A stretch of DNA of 64,000 nucleotides. Source: Felis catus (lineage: Eukaryota). Position 1 is the first letter of the stretch. The number at the start of each line of letters is the position of its first letter. The translations under genes were made by a program, and so were the position numbers. Shown here piece after piece: positions 38,225 to 49,439 of the stretch. The notes under the pieces were generated by a model, which saw nothing but the letters and a program-made list of their open reading frames with translations, did no database searches and was not told the origin of the DNA. The DNA is taken from positions 22,384,001 through 22,448,000 of the forward strand of contig NC_058368.1 in the NCBI RefSeq assembly GCF_018350175.1. The letters run 5' to 3'.

Positions 38225-38925
38225 GAGTATAGAATAATGGATAAGATATTGAGCACCTAAAGTCAAATAGAACTGTGTTCGAATCCCTGGTTCTACCATT
38301 TACTAACTGCAGTGGGTTGAATTGTGGCTCCCAAAAGATATGTCCATTAGAAACTTCAGAATGTGACCATATTTGGAATAAGTCTTTGCAGATTCAGTGA
38401 AGGTAAGGCTCTTGATATGAGCTGACCTGCATTAGAATGAACTCTGAATCTAATGACCAGTGTTCTTATAAGAGACAGAAAAGGAGAAGAGACAGAGACA
38501 TACAAGAAGGGCATGTGAAGGTAGAGTCAGAGATTAGAGTTACGCAGCCCAATCAAAGAACATCCAGGATAATGGGCAGCCACAAGAAGTTAAGAGAGTG
38601 ATAGAATGGATTGTCCTTCAGAGCCTCCAGAGGGAACCAACTCTATCAAAACCTTGATTTTGGACTGCTATCCTCCAGAACTGTAAAAGAACAAATTTGT
38701 GTTGTTTTAAGCCCCCAAGTTTGTGATGGGAAACTAGTATAGTAGCTGTGTGACACGGGTTAACTAACCTTCTATATCTTAGTTTCTGTCTCCGTAAAAT
38801 GAAGAGAATATTGTTACCTACTCATAGAGTTGTTGTAAAGATTCAATGAGATAAAATATGTAAAGTACTTAGCACACAATCTTATTACTTGGCATATAGT
38901 AAGAAGTGTTGGCAATCATTATTAA
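38225..38925 (+). mobile_element. MIR split by an MLT1 LTR
   Basis: GTTCGAATCCCTGGTTCTACCATTTACTAAC | LTR | GTAGCTGTGTGAC...AGTTTCTGTCTCCGTAAAATG...AGATTCAATGAGATAA. Confidence 0.75.
38308..38741 (+). mobile_element. MaLR solo LTR, MLT1B/C-like
   Basis: TGCAGTGGGTTGAATTGTGGCTCCCAAAAGATATGTCC...CTCCAGAACTGTAAAAGAACAAATTTGTGTTGTTTTAAGCC. Confidence 0.88.
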
Positions 38926-39039
38926 GGTACTTCTGGTTCAGGTTGAGTTTCTAATTTTTCTCTGTTGTGATTACTTGCATAATTACCTCCCCTGCCTTTT
39001 TTGTTTGTCTGTTTGTTTGTTTCGGAGATCTTTTCACCT

Positions 39040-39246
39040 TTAATTTTTTTTTATGTTTATTATTTTTGAGAGAGAGTGAGCACAAGCGGGGAAGGGGCAG
39101 AGACAAAAGGAGACACAGAATCTGAAGCAGGCTCCAGGCTCCAAACTGTCAGCACAGAGCCTGATGCAGGGATCTAACTCATGAACACGAGACCATGACC
39201 TGACCTGCAGTTGGACACTTAACCGACTGAGCCACCCAGGTGCCCC
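39040..39246 (-). mobile_element. CanSINE with TSD
   Basis: Flanks GGAGATCTTTT(C/T)ACCT. Confidence 0.95.
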
Positions 39247-39603
39247 TAGGAGATCTTTTTACCTCTACAAGGGGAATAAAGAAAGAGAAGGAATATCATG
39301 CAGATAAATTGCTCCTCCTAATATTGCTGGTTGCAGAAACCATATGGAGCCCAGAACTTCTGCCCCTATGATAAGAGTAGAGTAGACATTCTTTGAGGGG
39401 CTGCTGAAGACTTGGTAAGGAGCAGTAGGACTTATAAATATTGTTTACAGACTCTAATTCACTTTTATCACATTGGGTCATTTATATCTCTCCAAGCTTA
39501 TAGGAATCCCCATAGTCCTGCAGGGCAAGAATGTGCAGGAGAGAAAAAATCTTCAACATATTTAGTCTTAAAATTGTGCTCTTCCCTTACCTAAGCCTTT
39601 TTA

Positions 39604-39854
39604 AAAAATATTTATTTATTTATTTTGAGAGAGAGAGAGAGAGAGAGGGAGAAAGAAAGAGAGAGAGTGAGCAGGTGAGGGGCAGAGAGAGAGGGAGAGA
39701 GAATCCCCAGCAGACTCCGCATGTCAGCACAGAGCCAGATGCAGGGTTCGAACTCTTAACTGTGAGATCGTGACCCTGAGCTGAAATCAAGAGTCATGAC
39801 CTGAGTGGAAATCAAGAGTTGGATGCTTAACCGACTGAACCACTCAGGCACCCC
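39604..39854 (-). mobile_element. CanSINE with internal ~25-bp tandem duplication
   Basis: TGACC(C)TGAG..GAAATCAAGAGT occurs twice (39769-39819). Confidence 0.93.
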
Positions 39855-39949
39855 TACTTAAGCCCATTTAAGAGGGCTTTAATTAAAGGGCTTTAATTAA
39901 CATTAAAATGTTAATGTCATCTTAACAACATGTTAAAAATTTCTCCATT

Positions 39950-40147
39950 GGGGCACCTAGGTGGCTAAGTCAGTTAAGCTTCAGACTTCAGCTCAGGTCA
40001 CAATTTCATGGTTTGTGAGTTCAAGCCTCGCATCCAGCTCTGCGCTGCCTGTGCAGAGCCTGCCTGAGATTCTCTCGCTCTTTCCCTCTCTCTCTCTGCC
40101 CCTCCTCTGCTTTCTCTCCTTCTCTCTCAAAATAAATAAATAAACTT
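39950..40147 (+). mobile_element. CanSINE with TSD
   Basis: Flanks AAATTTCTCCAT. Confidence 0.93.
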
Positions 40148-40232
40148 AAATTTCTCCATGAGGTTCTCATAGATTTGTATTAGATTTTTTTCTTTTTCTT
40201 ATTCTTTGTTATTATAGCTTGTATCTATATTT

Positions 40233-40281
40233 ATTTATTTATTTATTTATTTACTTATTTTAATGTTTATGTATTCTTGAG

Positions 40282-40312
<31 letters not shown>

Positions 40313-40471
40313 ACACAAGCGGGAGAGGGGCAGAGAGAGAGAGAGACAGAGACACATAATCCGAAGCAGGCTCTAGGCTCTGAGCAGACCACCGCGGGGC
40401 TCGAATTCACGAGCTGTGAGATCATGACCTGAGTCAAAATCAGACTTAATGGATGGAGCCACATGGGTCCC
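40233..40471 (-). mobile_element. CanSINE with (TTTA)n tail and TSD
   Basis: Flanks CTTGTATCTAT(A/T)TTT. Confidence 0.92.
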
Positions 40472-40486
40472 CTTGTATCTATTTTT

Positions 40487-40912
40487 AAATTATGTTTTCT
40501 AGTTTGCTAAGATTTTTTTTTTTAATTTATGGATGATGGATTTTCTCAAATTCTCTTACTGCATCTATTAAAATGATGATATATGTGTTCTTCCTTAATC
40601 AGCTAATGTGGTGAAATACATTTGCAGATTTACCTTTGTTAAGCAACCCTTGTGTTCCTGGAGTATACCTATTTTGCTCATACATTCGTTTAAAAAATAA
40701 TATTGATGCCCATTTATGTTCTAGGTGGGGTTCAAGATGCTGGGGTACAGTAATGGGGAAAAACATAATCAGAGCTTACTACCTTTATGGAAATTATGTA
40801 CTAGTGTTTTACACACAGCTGGATTGAGTTTGCTAAATGCTTATAATTTCTGCATCTATGCTTTTGAATAAAATTGCCCTGAATTTCACTTCCTTGTATT
40901 TCTCTTGTCTGT
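40487..40912 (-). mobile_element. Old L1M fragments
   Basis: TGCATCTATTAAAATGAT...TAATGTGGTGAAATACATT...CAACCCTTGTGTTCCTGGA. Confidence 0.55.
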
Positions 40913-41303
40913 AGAGTTGAAAACTATTGCATATTCCGGGTCATTAAGCCCGGCTGGGAGAGTAGCCTGCATGTCAGCTTGGACTGGATTTAGAGCTTTT
41001 CTTGCTAGGGTCTGCCTTCTGAACTGACAGTCTTATGTGTATTTTGTAAACAAATTGATGTTTTTTCTTCTTGTTTTTCTTCTCAGAGGGGAGGGATATC
41101 TTGGCATGTTCTAGATCATCAGAATCCAAAAACTTTTCCAACATGGTGGGTCCCTTAATTTTCAGGGGGTTTATCTTTCACCTTTTCATTTGCATTCTCA
41201 CACATTTTCTCTGGGTCTACATCAATATAATCAGCAACCCTTACACTTCTTTTGGATTATGAGCGATTTTCCTCCCAAATCAGACTACGTATTTTCCCTC
41301 TTT

Positions 41304-41507
41304 TTAAAAAATGTTTGTTTATTTATTTAGAAAGAGAGAGAGCATGAGTGGGGGAGGGGAAGAGAGAGAGGGGGAGAGAGAGAATCCCAAGCAGGCTTCA
41401 TGCTTGGTGCAGAGCCCAATGTGGGCTCAATCTCTCGGTCGTGAGATCATGACCTGAGGCCAAATCAAGAGTCGATCGCTCAACCAACTGAACTACCCAG
41501 GTGCCCC
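41304..41507 (-). mobile_element. CanSINE with TSD
   Basis: Flanks GTATTTT(C/A)CCTCTTT. Confidence 0.93.
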
Positions 41508-41589
41508 TGTATTTTACCTCTTTGAACATTATGGGAATGAATCTTCATTATGAACCTTGTGGCAACAAGGAATATTCAGGCTTGGTCTT

Positions 41590-41814
41590 TTTTTTTTTTA
41601 ATTTTTTTTTTCAACGTTTATTTATTTTTGAGACAGAGAGAGACAGAGCATGAACGGGGGAGGGGCAGAGAGAGAGGGAGACACAGAATTGGAAACAGGC
41701 TCCAGGCTCTGAGCCATCAGCCCAGAGCCCGACGCGGGGCTCGAACTCCCGGACCTCGAGATCGTGACCTGGCTGAAGTCGGACGCTTAACCGACTGCAC
41801 CACCCAGGCGCCCC
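41590..41814 (-). mobile_element. Young felid SINEC_Fc with perfect 17-bp TSD
   Basis: TSD TATTCAGGCTTGGTCTT (41573-41589, 41815-41831). Confidence 0.97.
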
Positions 41815-42242
41815 TATTCAGGCTTGGTCTTAAGGAGAATGAGTGCCACCTTGTAAGGCCACTGCCTCAGATGAGTTTATCACAGGGCATTCAACGAGGA
41901 ATATGTAGTCTCCTTAGACACGCAGGACAGTCTCTTTCTGTTGGCGAGAGAATCTCGGAGTGATTTGGGGGTGGTGGTAGTTGCAGGGTTGGGCTTGGAT
42001 GTCCCTATTCCAAGTTTTAAGTCTTACTTCTACCCAATCAAGACCTTAACTGTCATGTAAGAGACCTAGTGAGACTATGGAAACAATTTACATTGCAATT
42101 ATGCAACCCATATTGTTAAATTTTGTGTCTGATTTTCAACAATATTTGCCCTGCGGATACCGGGAAAAAAGGGATTATTTTAGGGATGTAGTAGAAATTC
42201 TCTGGTAATTTGTGATTTAAGCTGAGTGTGTAAAGACCTGAG

Positions 42243-42466
42243 AAACCTAACGGAAGACCATGGGGGAGGGGAAGAAAAAAAATGGTTAGAGAGGGAGGGA
42301 GCCAAAACGTAAGAGACTCCTAAAAACTGAGAACAAACTGAGGGTTTATGGGGGGGTGGGAAGGAGGGGTGGGTGGGTGATGGATTTTGAGGAGGGCACC
42401 TGTTGGGATGAGCACTGGGTGTTGTATGAAAGCCAATTTGACAATAAATTTCATAAAAAAAAAAAG
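42243..42466 (+). mobile_element. 5'-truncated felid L1 (L1_Fc-like 3' UTR) with TSD
   Basis: AAGAGACTCCTAAAAACTGAGAACAAACTGAGGG...GGGATGAGCACTGGGTGTTGTATG...AATAAA-poly(A); TSD AAGACCTGAG (42233-42242, 42467-42476). Confidence 0.92.
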
Positions 42467-42809
42467 AAGACCTGAGCTTGTCCTTTTCTTTCTATAAGTG
42501 CTCCCATGCACTCAGAAGAATCCACTCAATGTCGCAATCTTTGTAGTCAATGACAATGCTTTACTTGACAATGACATTACTTCATTAACAATAAAGTGAA
42601 GAAATCATTTTTCTCCAAAGTCTTTAATTCATCATAATCAACCCAGGTAGAATTTGATTAATTGTGACACCAATACATGGATGACTAGTATCCCATATAT
42701 TTGTTAAGGAGTTCAGCACTGCATTCAAGCCCAAGGACACAACCAAATCAATCCCCCAAATCATATTTTAAAAGCATTTCCTCTCCTGGAATTATTCCTG
42801 GTATTAATT

Positions 42810-43440
42810 CATGTGTAGTTCACATGATCCTACCAGTTACTTTAACAGAGATAATTTAACATAAAGAATTATTAACTACATATTAAATTGCTAAGTAGGT
42901 AACTGAAGAGGCAGAAAGAGAACACTAACATATCATGAAGATAGCAACTGTGAGAACTGCTAGAGAGGAGGTTGGAATTATAAAAACTTAAAAGTTTGGA
43001 GAAGAGATCCCGAGACCTTTGGGGACGGGGCACAGCTTGACTGTCTCTGACGTCTCTGAACTTGAAGGAGAATTCCCCTGGGAATGGGACCCATATCTCC
43101 AAGGTGGGGACACAGCCAGTTGGTGGTGGTGTCTCTGGGGAAGTGTAATTATGTACATCCTGCAAGGGTTGGAAAAACTGCAAACTGGCTCCAAGTGCTG
43201 CTACAGGGAAGGACTGCAGTTGCCAAGGTGAAGGGTAATACAGGAACAGAAGCAGACAAGAAGCAGAGGAAGCAAACCAGAAATGAAAGTTCGACCTCCA
43301 GCCTTGTAGTCTCCCTCTAGTGCTGCCTCATAGCAAAGTCTGACGTGGAGCCAGCTGACAAAGCAGAAATGTGGTTTGCAGGGTCGTGGGGTCGGAACTA
43401 CCAAGCAGAGAATGGAAGGGTGGGTTTGGAGTTATGGGAC
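42810..43440 (-). mobile_element. Probable ERVL solo LTR (LTR41/LTR52-like)
   Basis: CAGTTACTTTAACAGAGATAATTTAACATAAAGAATT near one end; CCAGCTGACAAAGCAGAAATGTGGTTTGCAG near the other. Confidence 0.45.
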
Positions 43441-43829
43441 AGTCCCATAGACCTCTGTTTGACTCTCTTTCCTCTAATTTTCTCCACAACCCGAGTCTAT
43501 GAGCAAGCAGAGTAATGAGAGAATTAAAGAAACATTTATTTAGAAACCATTAGAAACGATTACTTTGGTAAGTGTGGCTTTTATTCAGAAATCCAATATA
43601 AAAAAATAAAAGCCTTTAAAAGATTGTATCTATTGCTTATAAGAATTGGAAGTCACATCCCAGTGATGGAAATACTGAAAGCCAGAAAAAGATAGGATTG
43701 AATGGCTTAATTAGAAGGGAAAATAATAAAGAAAAATGCAACTTGGAATTTAGTTTCAACATAAAATGTATTTGTGTCCTTATTCTATGCTTTGTAGGTA
43801 TTTGGCATTCTATTGATTCCTCATAAAAT

Positions 43830-44073
43830 ATTTAAAATTTTTTTTAATGTTTATTTAGTTTTGAGAGAGAGAGAGAGAGAGCGTGCGCTCTCGCGCGGGT
43901 TAGTGACGGGGGGGGGGGGGGGGGGGGGGGCAGAGACAGGGAGACACAGAGTCTGAAGCAGGCTCCAGGCTCTGAGCTGTCAGCACAGAGCTTGACATGG
44001 GGCTTGAACTCACAAACTGTGAGATTATGACCTGAGCTAAAGTCAGATGCTTAACCAACTGAACAAGGCACCC
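43830..44073 (-). mobile_element. CanSINE with TSD and G23 tract
   Basis: Flanks TGATTCCT(C/T)ATAAAAT; G run 43908-43930. Confidence 0.93.
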
Positions 44074-45234
44074 TGATTCCTTATAAAATCTTGGCCCTTA
44101 TTGTGAGAACACTCTTTTAAAAGGCAAAATTCAAATCTAATTGACACCTCACTGGTTAAAGGAAGTGCTTTCTTTTTAACTTAAGATACGTTTGTTCTGA
44201 TTCAGTGATTCATAATAGATTCATGACTGATGAAGTTGGCCTTAAAAATAAGGAACAAAATATGGAAGCATTTTAGTTGGGATAAGTTTCCTACAGGGTC
44301 TAATTGCAAGGATTCTCTGTAATTAAACTGTTCTAAATGTTGGCTTAAGTTTTAATAGGCTGATGTCTAACTTTCCCATGATTGTCCTCATTCAAAACAA
44401 ATCAGACCTAAGAAAAATATTTTTTTCCCTGAAACTGCAATGCATTTTGAAGGCAGATATGTTTAAAATGCATTTAAATAATCAGATGCAGTAGCAAATT
44501 TAGGCCTTAATGTGTTTAGTATTTCCAAAGTAGACTAACAGCCTTTTTCTTTAGCATTGTCATAAATCATAACACAGATGGTGTTTCTTGATATCTTTGA
44601 GTCAGATTTCAGTCCTGTGTCACAGAAACATCCTCTGTCAATATGGCTTTTGGGTAAATGGCTTCATTTTGCCGTTGACAAGGCTGATATAAACAAGTTG
44701 TGTAATTTACTCTACTACCAAATAAATCACATGTGAACATTTGAGTTTAGCTGTGCTAGCCTGATAGTCTGGCAAGTGTTTTTGTCTGTGTGGAGAATAT
44801 TTGACATTTAAGCTCAACCCAGGAAAACAAAAACAAAAGCCTGAGTGTATTCTTCTTTGTCTGAAGGCTTTGTGTGAAAACAAGGTGGTTTAACTATGCC
44901 AAAAAAGGCAGTTAAAGAGGAATCCTTTCTAAGTGTTTTTCTGGACAAGCTGTTTTCAAAAAAATCCTGAGCCTTCTCCTATAAAGTAAATTACATTACA
45001 GGGTGACTTTGATGTAAGCCAGAGCCTATGACCAAAGTTTCAAAATGATTGGTTCCAAATTAGCAAAACGTATGAATTCTGAACTTCTCCCATTAGGAGA
45101 AGTTAAGCACCTCTTGGGTGTAGGAGATACAGAGGACAGGTATGCCCAGAGTCTCCTACATTATTGAGGAAGAGATACTCTAATTCCCTCATTTCTTTCC
45201 ATTCCAAGGTTATGGTTGGAGTGATAAGTGGGTT

Positions 45235-46255
45235 GAAAGATGAACATGAAAAGGTGCTCAACATCCTTGGTCATTAGGGAAACATAAACCAAAACCATAA
45301 CAAGATAATACTCCACACGAAGTCATGAAAAAGAAGGAAAATAACAAGTGTTGGTGGAGATGTAGAGAAATCGGAATCCTCATATATTGCTGGTAGGAAT
45401 GCAAAGTGGTACAGATGCTTTGGAAAACACTTTAGCAGTTCTTAAGAAAGGTAAACATAGTTACCACATGACCCTAGGTGTATACCCAAGGCGACTGGAA
45501 ACAAATGTCCACATAAAAACTTGTACCTGAAAGTTCATAGCAGTATTACTCATAGTACCCCAAAAGTGGAAACAATCCAAGTGTCCATTAACTGATGAAT
45601 GGACAAACAAAAGGTATATCTATAAAATGGAACATTATTTACCAATAAAAAGGAATGAAGTATTTATACATGCTACAACATGGATGGACCTTGAAAACAT
45701 GCTAAGTGAAAGAGGCCAGACGTATTGTCTGGTTCCATTCATATGAAATACCCAGTTAAGCAAATCCGTAGAGACAGAAAACAGATGAATGATTGTCAGG
45801 GATTTGGGGGGTGGTGGATAGAATGGAGTGACTGCTGATGAGAATGGGTTTTCTTGGGGCGCCTGGGTGGCTCAGTCGGTTAAGTGTCCGACTCTTGATC
45901 TCAGTTCAGGTCACGATCTCACAGTTCATGAGTTCAAGCCCCGCATTGGGTGTGGAGCCTGCTTGGGATTCTGTCTCTCCTTCTCTCTCTGCCCCTCCCC
46001 TGCTTGTGTGCACACGGTGTGCATGCACTCTCTCTCTCTCTCTTTCTCCCTCTCTTTCAAAATAAATAAATAAACTAAAAAAAAAAAAATTAAAAAAAAG
46101 AATGGGGTTTCTTTTTGGGGTAATAAAAATGCTCTGTAGTTAGTGGTGATGGAGGCACAACTCTGTGAATATACTAAAAATCAAAGCTCACATTTTAAAA
46201 GGATGAACTTTATGATATGCAAATTGTATCTTAATAAAGTTGTTATTTACAAGAA
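45235..46255 (+). mobile_element. L1MB-like 3' end (interrupted by a SINE)
   Basis: ATGAAAAGGTGCTCAACATCCTTGGTCATTAGGGAA...AATAACAAGTGTTGG...ACAACATGGATGGACCTTGAAAACATGCTAAGTGAAAG...AATAAAG. Confidence 0.9.
45856..46098 (+). mobile_element. CanSINE inserted in L1, with TSD
   Basis: Flanks AGAATGGG(T/G)TTTCTT. Confidence 0.95.
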
Positions 46256-46362
46256 AAATTTATTTTTCTCAGGTGTGGACCCTGCACTTGCACGAGCCTA
46301 AGAGTAAGTATCTTGTTAAACTTTGACCCCTGGTACCTTGCTTGCCTCACTCTACTCCAGGC

Positions 46363-46717
46363 TTTTTTTTTTTTTTTTTTTTTTTTTTAGAAAGGCAGAC
46401 TGCCACGTGCAGCGCCTCATTTGGATGTGTCTGGAGTCTTGGAAGCTTGACTACCCTACGTTCTCCTACAAATGGACCTTGAGAGCTTGTTTGGAGGTTC
46501 TAGCAGGGGAGCGCAGCTACTCGTATACCCTTGACCCAAGAACGGTCCTCCTCTATCAGGGAAAGTCGTCCTCTTCTACCGAGCGCGCAGCTTCGGGAGG
46601 GGCGCACATGGAGCGGTGAGGGAGGAAGGGGACACCCGCCTAGCCGGCCAGATCAGCCGAATCAACCCTGGTGATCAATGGGGTGACAGATGTCGCAGCC
46701 AGATCGCCCTCACATCC
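46363..46717 (-). pseudogene. RN7SK: Full-length 7SK snRNA retropseudogene (RNA body 46389-46717, poly(A) 46363-46388)
   Basis: Reverse complement runs GGATGTGAGGGCGATCTGGCTGCGACATCTGTCACCCC...GGCAGTCTGCCTTTCT followed by A26; TSD ACTCCAGGC at 46354-46362 and 46718-46726. Confidence 0.97.
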
Positions 46718-46984
46718 ACTCCAGGCCTTTTTAATGCGCTGCAGAGCTCTGCCACTGGATGGGTCTTATAATTCATTTACTTACACTGCAGCATTTTTGT
46801 AACCCCAGTTCCCCACACTGCTACCTGCCGATTGGCCCTACCCAAAAACCTACATCCCCCATTCCTTTGCCAATTCTGATTGAAATAGGGAAGTGATGTC
46901 TGTGCCTGCCTTGTTCTGAGGCAGCCACAGAGCATCCGGTATATAGTAGCTGCTCCAAGACCTGTCGAATAAACACTATTTTTA

Positions 46985-47211
46985 TTTATTTAAAAAAAAT
47001 GTTTTGGATGTTTATTTATTTTTGAGACAGAGAGAGACAGAGCATGAGCAAGGGTGGGGGGCAGAAAGAGAGACAGACACAGAATCCGAAGCAGGCTCCA
47101 GGCTCTGAGCTGTCAGCACAGAGCCTGACGCGGGGCTCGAACTCAGGAGCTGTGAGATCATGACCTAAGCCGAAGTCGGTGGCTCAACTGCCTGAGCCAC
47201 CCAGGCGCCCC
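46985..47211 (-). mobile_element. CanSINE (SINEC_Fc-like)
   Basis: Full element; flanks TAAA(C/T)ACTATTTTTA. Confidence 0.95.
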
Positions 47212-47229
47212 AAATAAATACTATTTTTA

Positions 47230-47434
47230 TTTTTATTTTTTCAACGTTTTTTATTTATTTTGGGACAGAGAGAGACAGAGCATGAACGGGGGAGGGGCAG
47301 AGAGAGAGGGAGACACAGAATCGGAAACAGGCACCAGGCTCCGAGAGCCTGAAGCGGGGCTCGAACTCACGGACCGCGAGATCGTGACCTGGCTGAAGTC
47401 GGACGCTTAACCGACTGCGCCACCCAGGCGCCCC
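47230..47434 (-). mobile_element. Young felid SINEC_Fc with short internal deletion
   Basis: CGTGACCTGGCTG variant; lacks the CCATCAGCCC segment present in the 41590 copy; TSD TAAATACTATTTTTA. Confidence 0.95.
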
Positions 47435-47539
47435 TAAATACTATTTTTAAAGGAAATATTACCAAATGTCTTCCCATTGCTCTGGGGTTAAAATCCAAAC
47501 TACTTCTTGGGATGGCATATGATACAGATATTAAATATT

Positions 47540-48860
47540 TTAATTCTTGTTTTGTTTTAAACATTATATGATAATATTATTGTCTTACATGATTCTCATT
47601 TATATTTACCCACATATATACCGTTTTCAGTGCTCTTCATTTCTTCCATTTGCAATCACTTTCTTTTGGCCTGAAGTGCATCCTTCAGCATTTCTTTCCA
47701 TGAGCACCTGTTGGTGACAAACTCTCTCTGTTTTGTTTGTATGAAGATATCTTCACTTTAACTTCCTTCTTGATAGATCAATTCTAGGATGATAATTATT
47801 TTCAATGACTTAAGGATAGTGGGAATTGGAGAGCTAGAAATGCACATGAATAGATACCCTTCAAGCTCAGCTATCACCTTCTTGGACCCCTAGCTTACTC
47901 AACAGACAAGATGCCCTCCAGAAGATAAATCTACTAACTTAATAAAAGAACATGTACGAGAATATCTTTGTGATACACACACACCTAAACCACAAGGAAA
48001 AATCTGATGTATCTGACTCTGTGAAAACTAGATTTCTATTTAACACAGGACCACTTTGACAGATTTAATAGACCGATGCCAAACCAAGAGAAGGCAATTG
48101 TCATCTCAAAACTCATCAATGAATTATAATTTGCTAACCATAAGAAAGACAATTGAAAAATGGACAAAAGATAGGAACCAAAGTAGAAAAGCAACTGGAT
48201 GACAGGTATACAAAGAGGGGTTCAATCTCACTGATAATCACAAAAATACAAATCAACACCACAATGAAATACCACTTTCCATTGAATGTTTTGGCAGAAA
48301 TTAAAAAATGGGTGATAGCAAATGCTGACGGAGGTACAGAGCAACGGAGGCCATTGAGCACTCTTGGTGGGTTGATCCTGCTATAGCTGCTCTGGAGAGC
48401 AGCTTGAAAGTTTTTAGTGAAATTATGTATGCATATGTCTTATGACACTGCGGTTCACTTCTGACTGTATGGTCCAGGGAACTCTGTGTAGACGTCAGTG
48501 AAGGACAGTTATGGGACTATTTACAGCACTGTTGTTGTAGATAGTGAGGAGTTGGAAGCAAACTGTCCTACAGGGAAATGATAGATAAATGGCTGAACAT
48601 ATGCAACAATTAGAAGCAGTGTCCTAGATGGACCATCGAGCATTACCGATAGGTCTTAAAAACACATAGTTGAGTAAAAGAAGTACAAAACAGAATAACT
48701 CTTCGACAGAAAGCAATTTATGTAAATTATAAACATGTACACACACAAAATAACACTCCAAAATTTACAAAGATGCCTATAGATTCAAGGAAAAATATCA
48801 AACACCTCAAAGTGAATGTTCATGAGGGAGAGAAATATGGGAGTGATTAACGGGAAGAAA
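47540..48860. mobile_element. Old L1M fragments (minus ~47540-47810, plus ~47920-48860)
   Basis: TTGGTGACAAACTCTCTCTGTTTTGTTTG (minus); TTCAATCTCACTGATAATCACAAAAATACAAATCAACACCACAATGAAATACCAC (plus, ORF2-like). Confidence 0.7.
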
Positions 48861-49439
48861 GAGAAGAAAGCAAAAACAAGGAGTCACAATCTGAAGTGAA
48901 CAATCACTTGTCCCTGAGGTCCAGCACTCACTCTTGTGCCACTCAAATTACCAAATGTCACCTCCTCTGTCATATCTTGCTTGACTCCTCCATGAAGACA
49001 GAATTCATAGCTGCTTCCTCAGATTTGTTCCATGTTCCTCCCATTATACTGAGCTTCAGGCTCTATTTTAATACACATCACACTCTACCATAATTATTGT
49101 TTTACTGTTTTCTTCCTTAACTAGCTGGTGAGAATTTCAAAGGTGGGAATTGGGTCTTACACACCCTTGTATCTTTAGCAACCAGCTCAATGCCTGGCAC
49201 ATTAAATGTTTGCTGAGTGAATAAACTAGTGAAGCAAGGGAATCCTGATGGAGAAAACTGGTTGAAATCAAGGAAAATCAACAAGGTCATAAGCTAAAAA
49301 TGGGAGGGAAAGGAGGTTACATGTCTGAGTTGCTGTGGGCAGATAGGAAGAAACTGGTTGGATGTGGGTGGGTGGGTGAAGAAAGACTGTTGAAGTATTT
49401 CACTAAGAGATTCCTATCTATTCTCAGAGTGAGAAGAAA

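Noticed and set aside
46389..46717. Functional 7SK gene
   Set aside because: Poly(A) tail, TSD, missing oligo-T terminator and no TATA at the expected position indicate a retrocopy.
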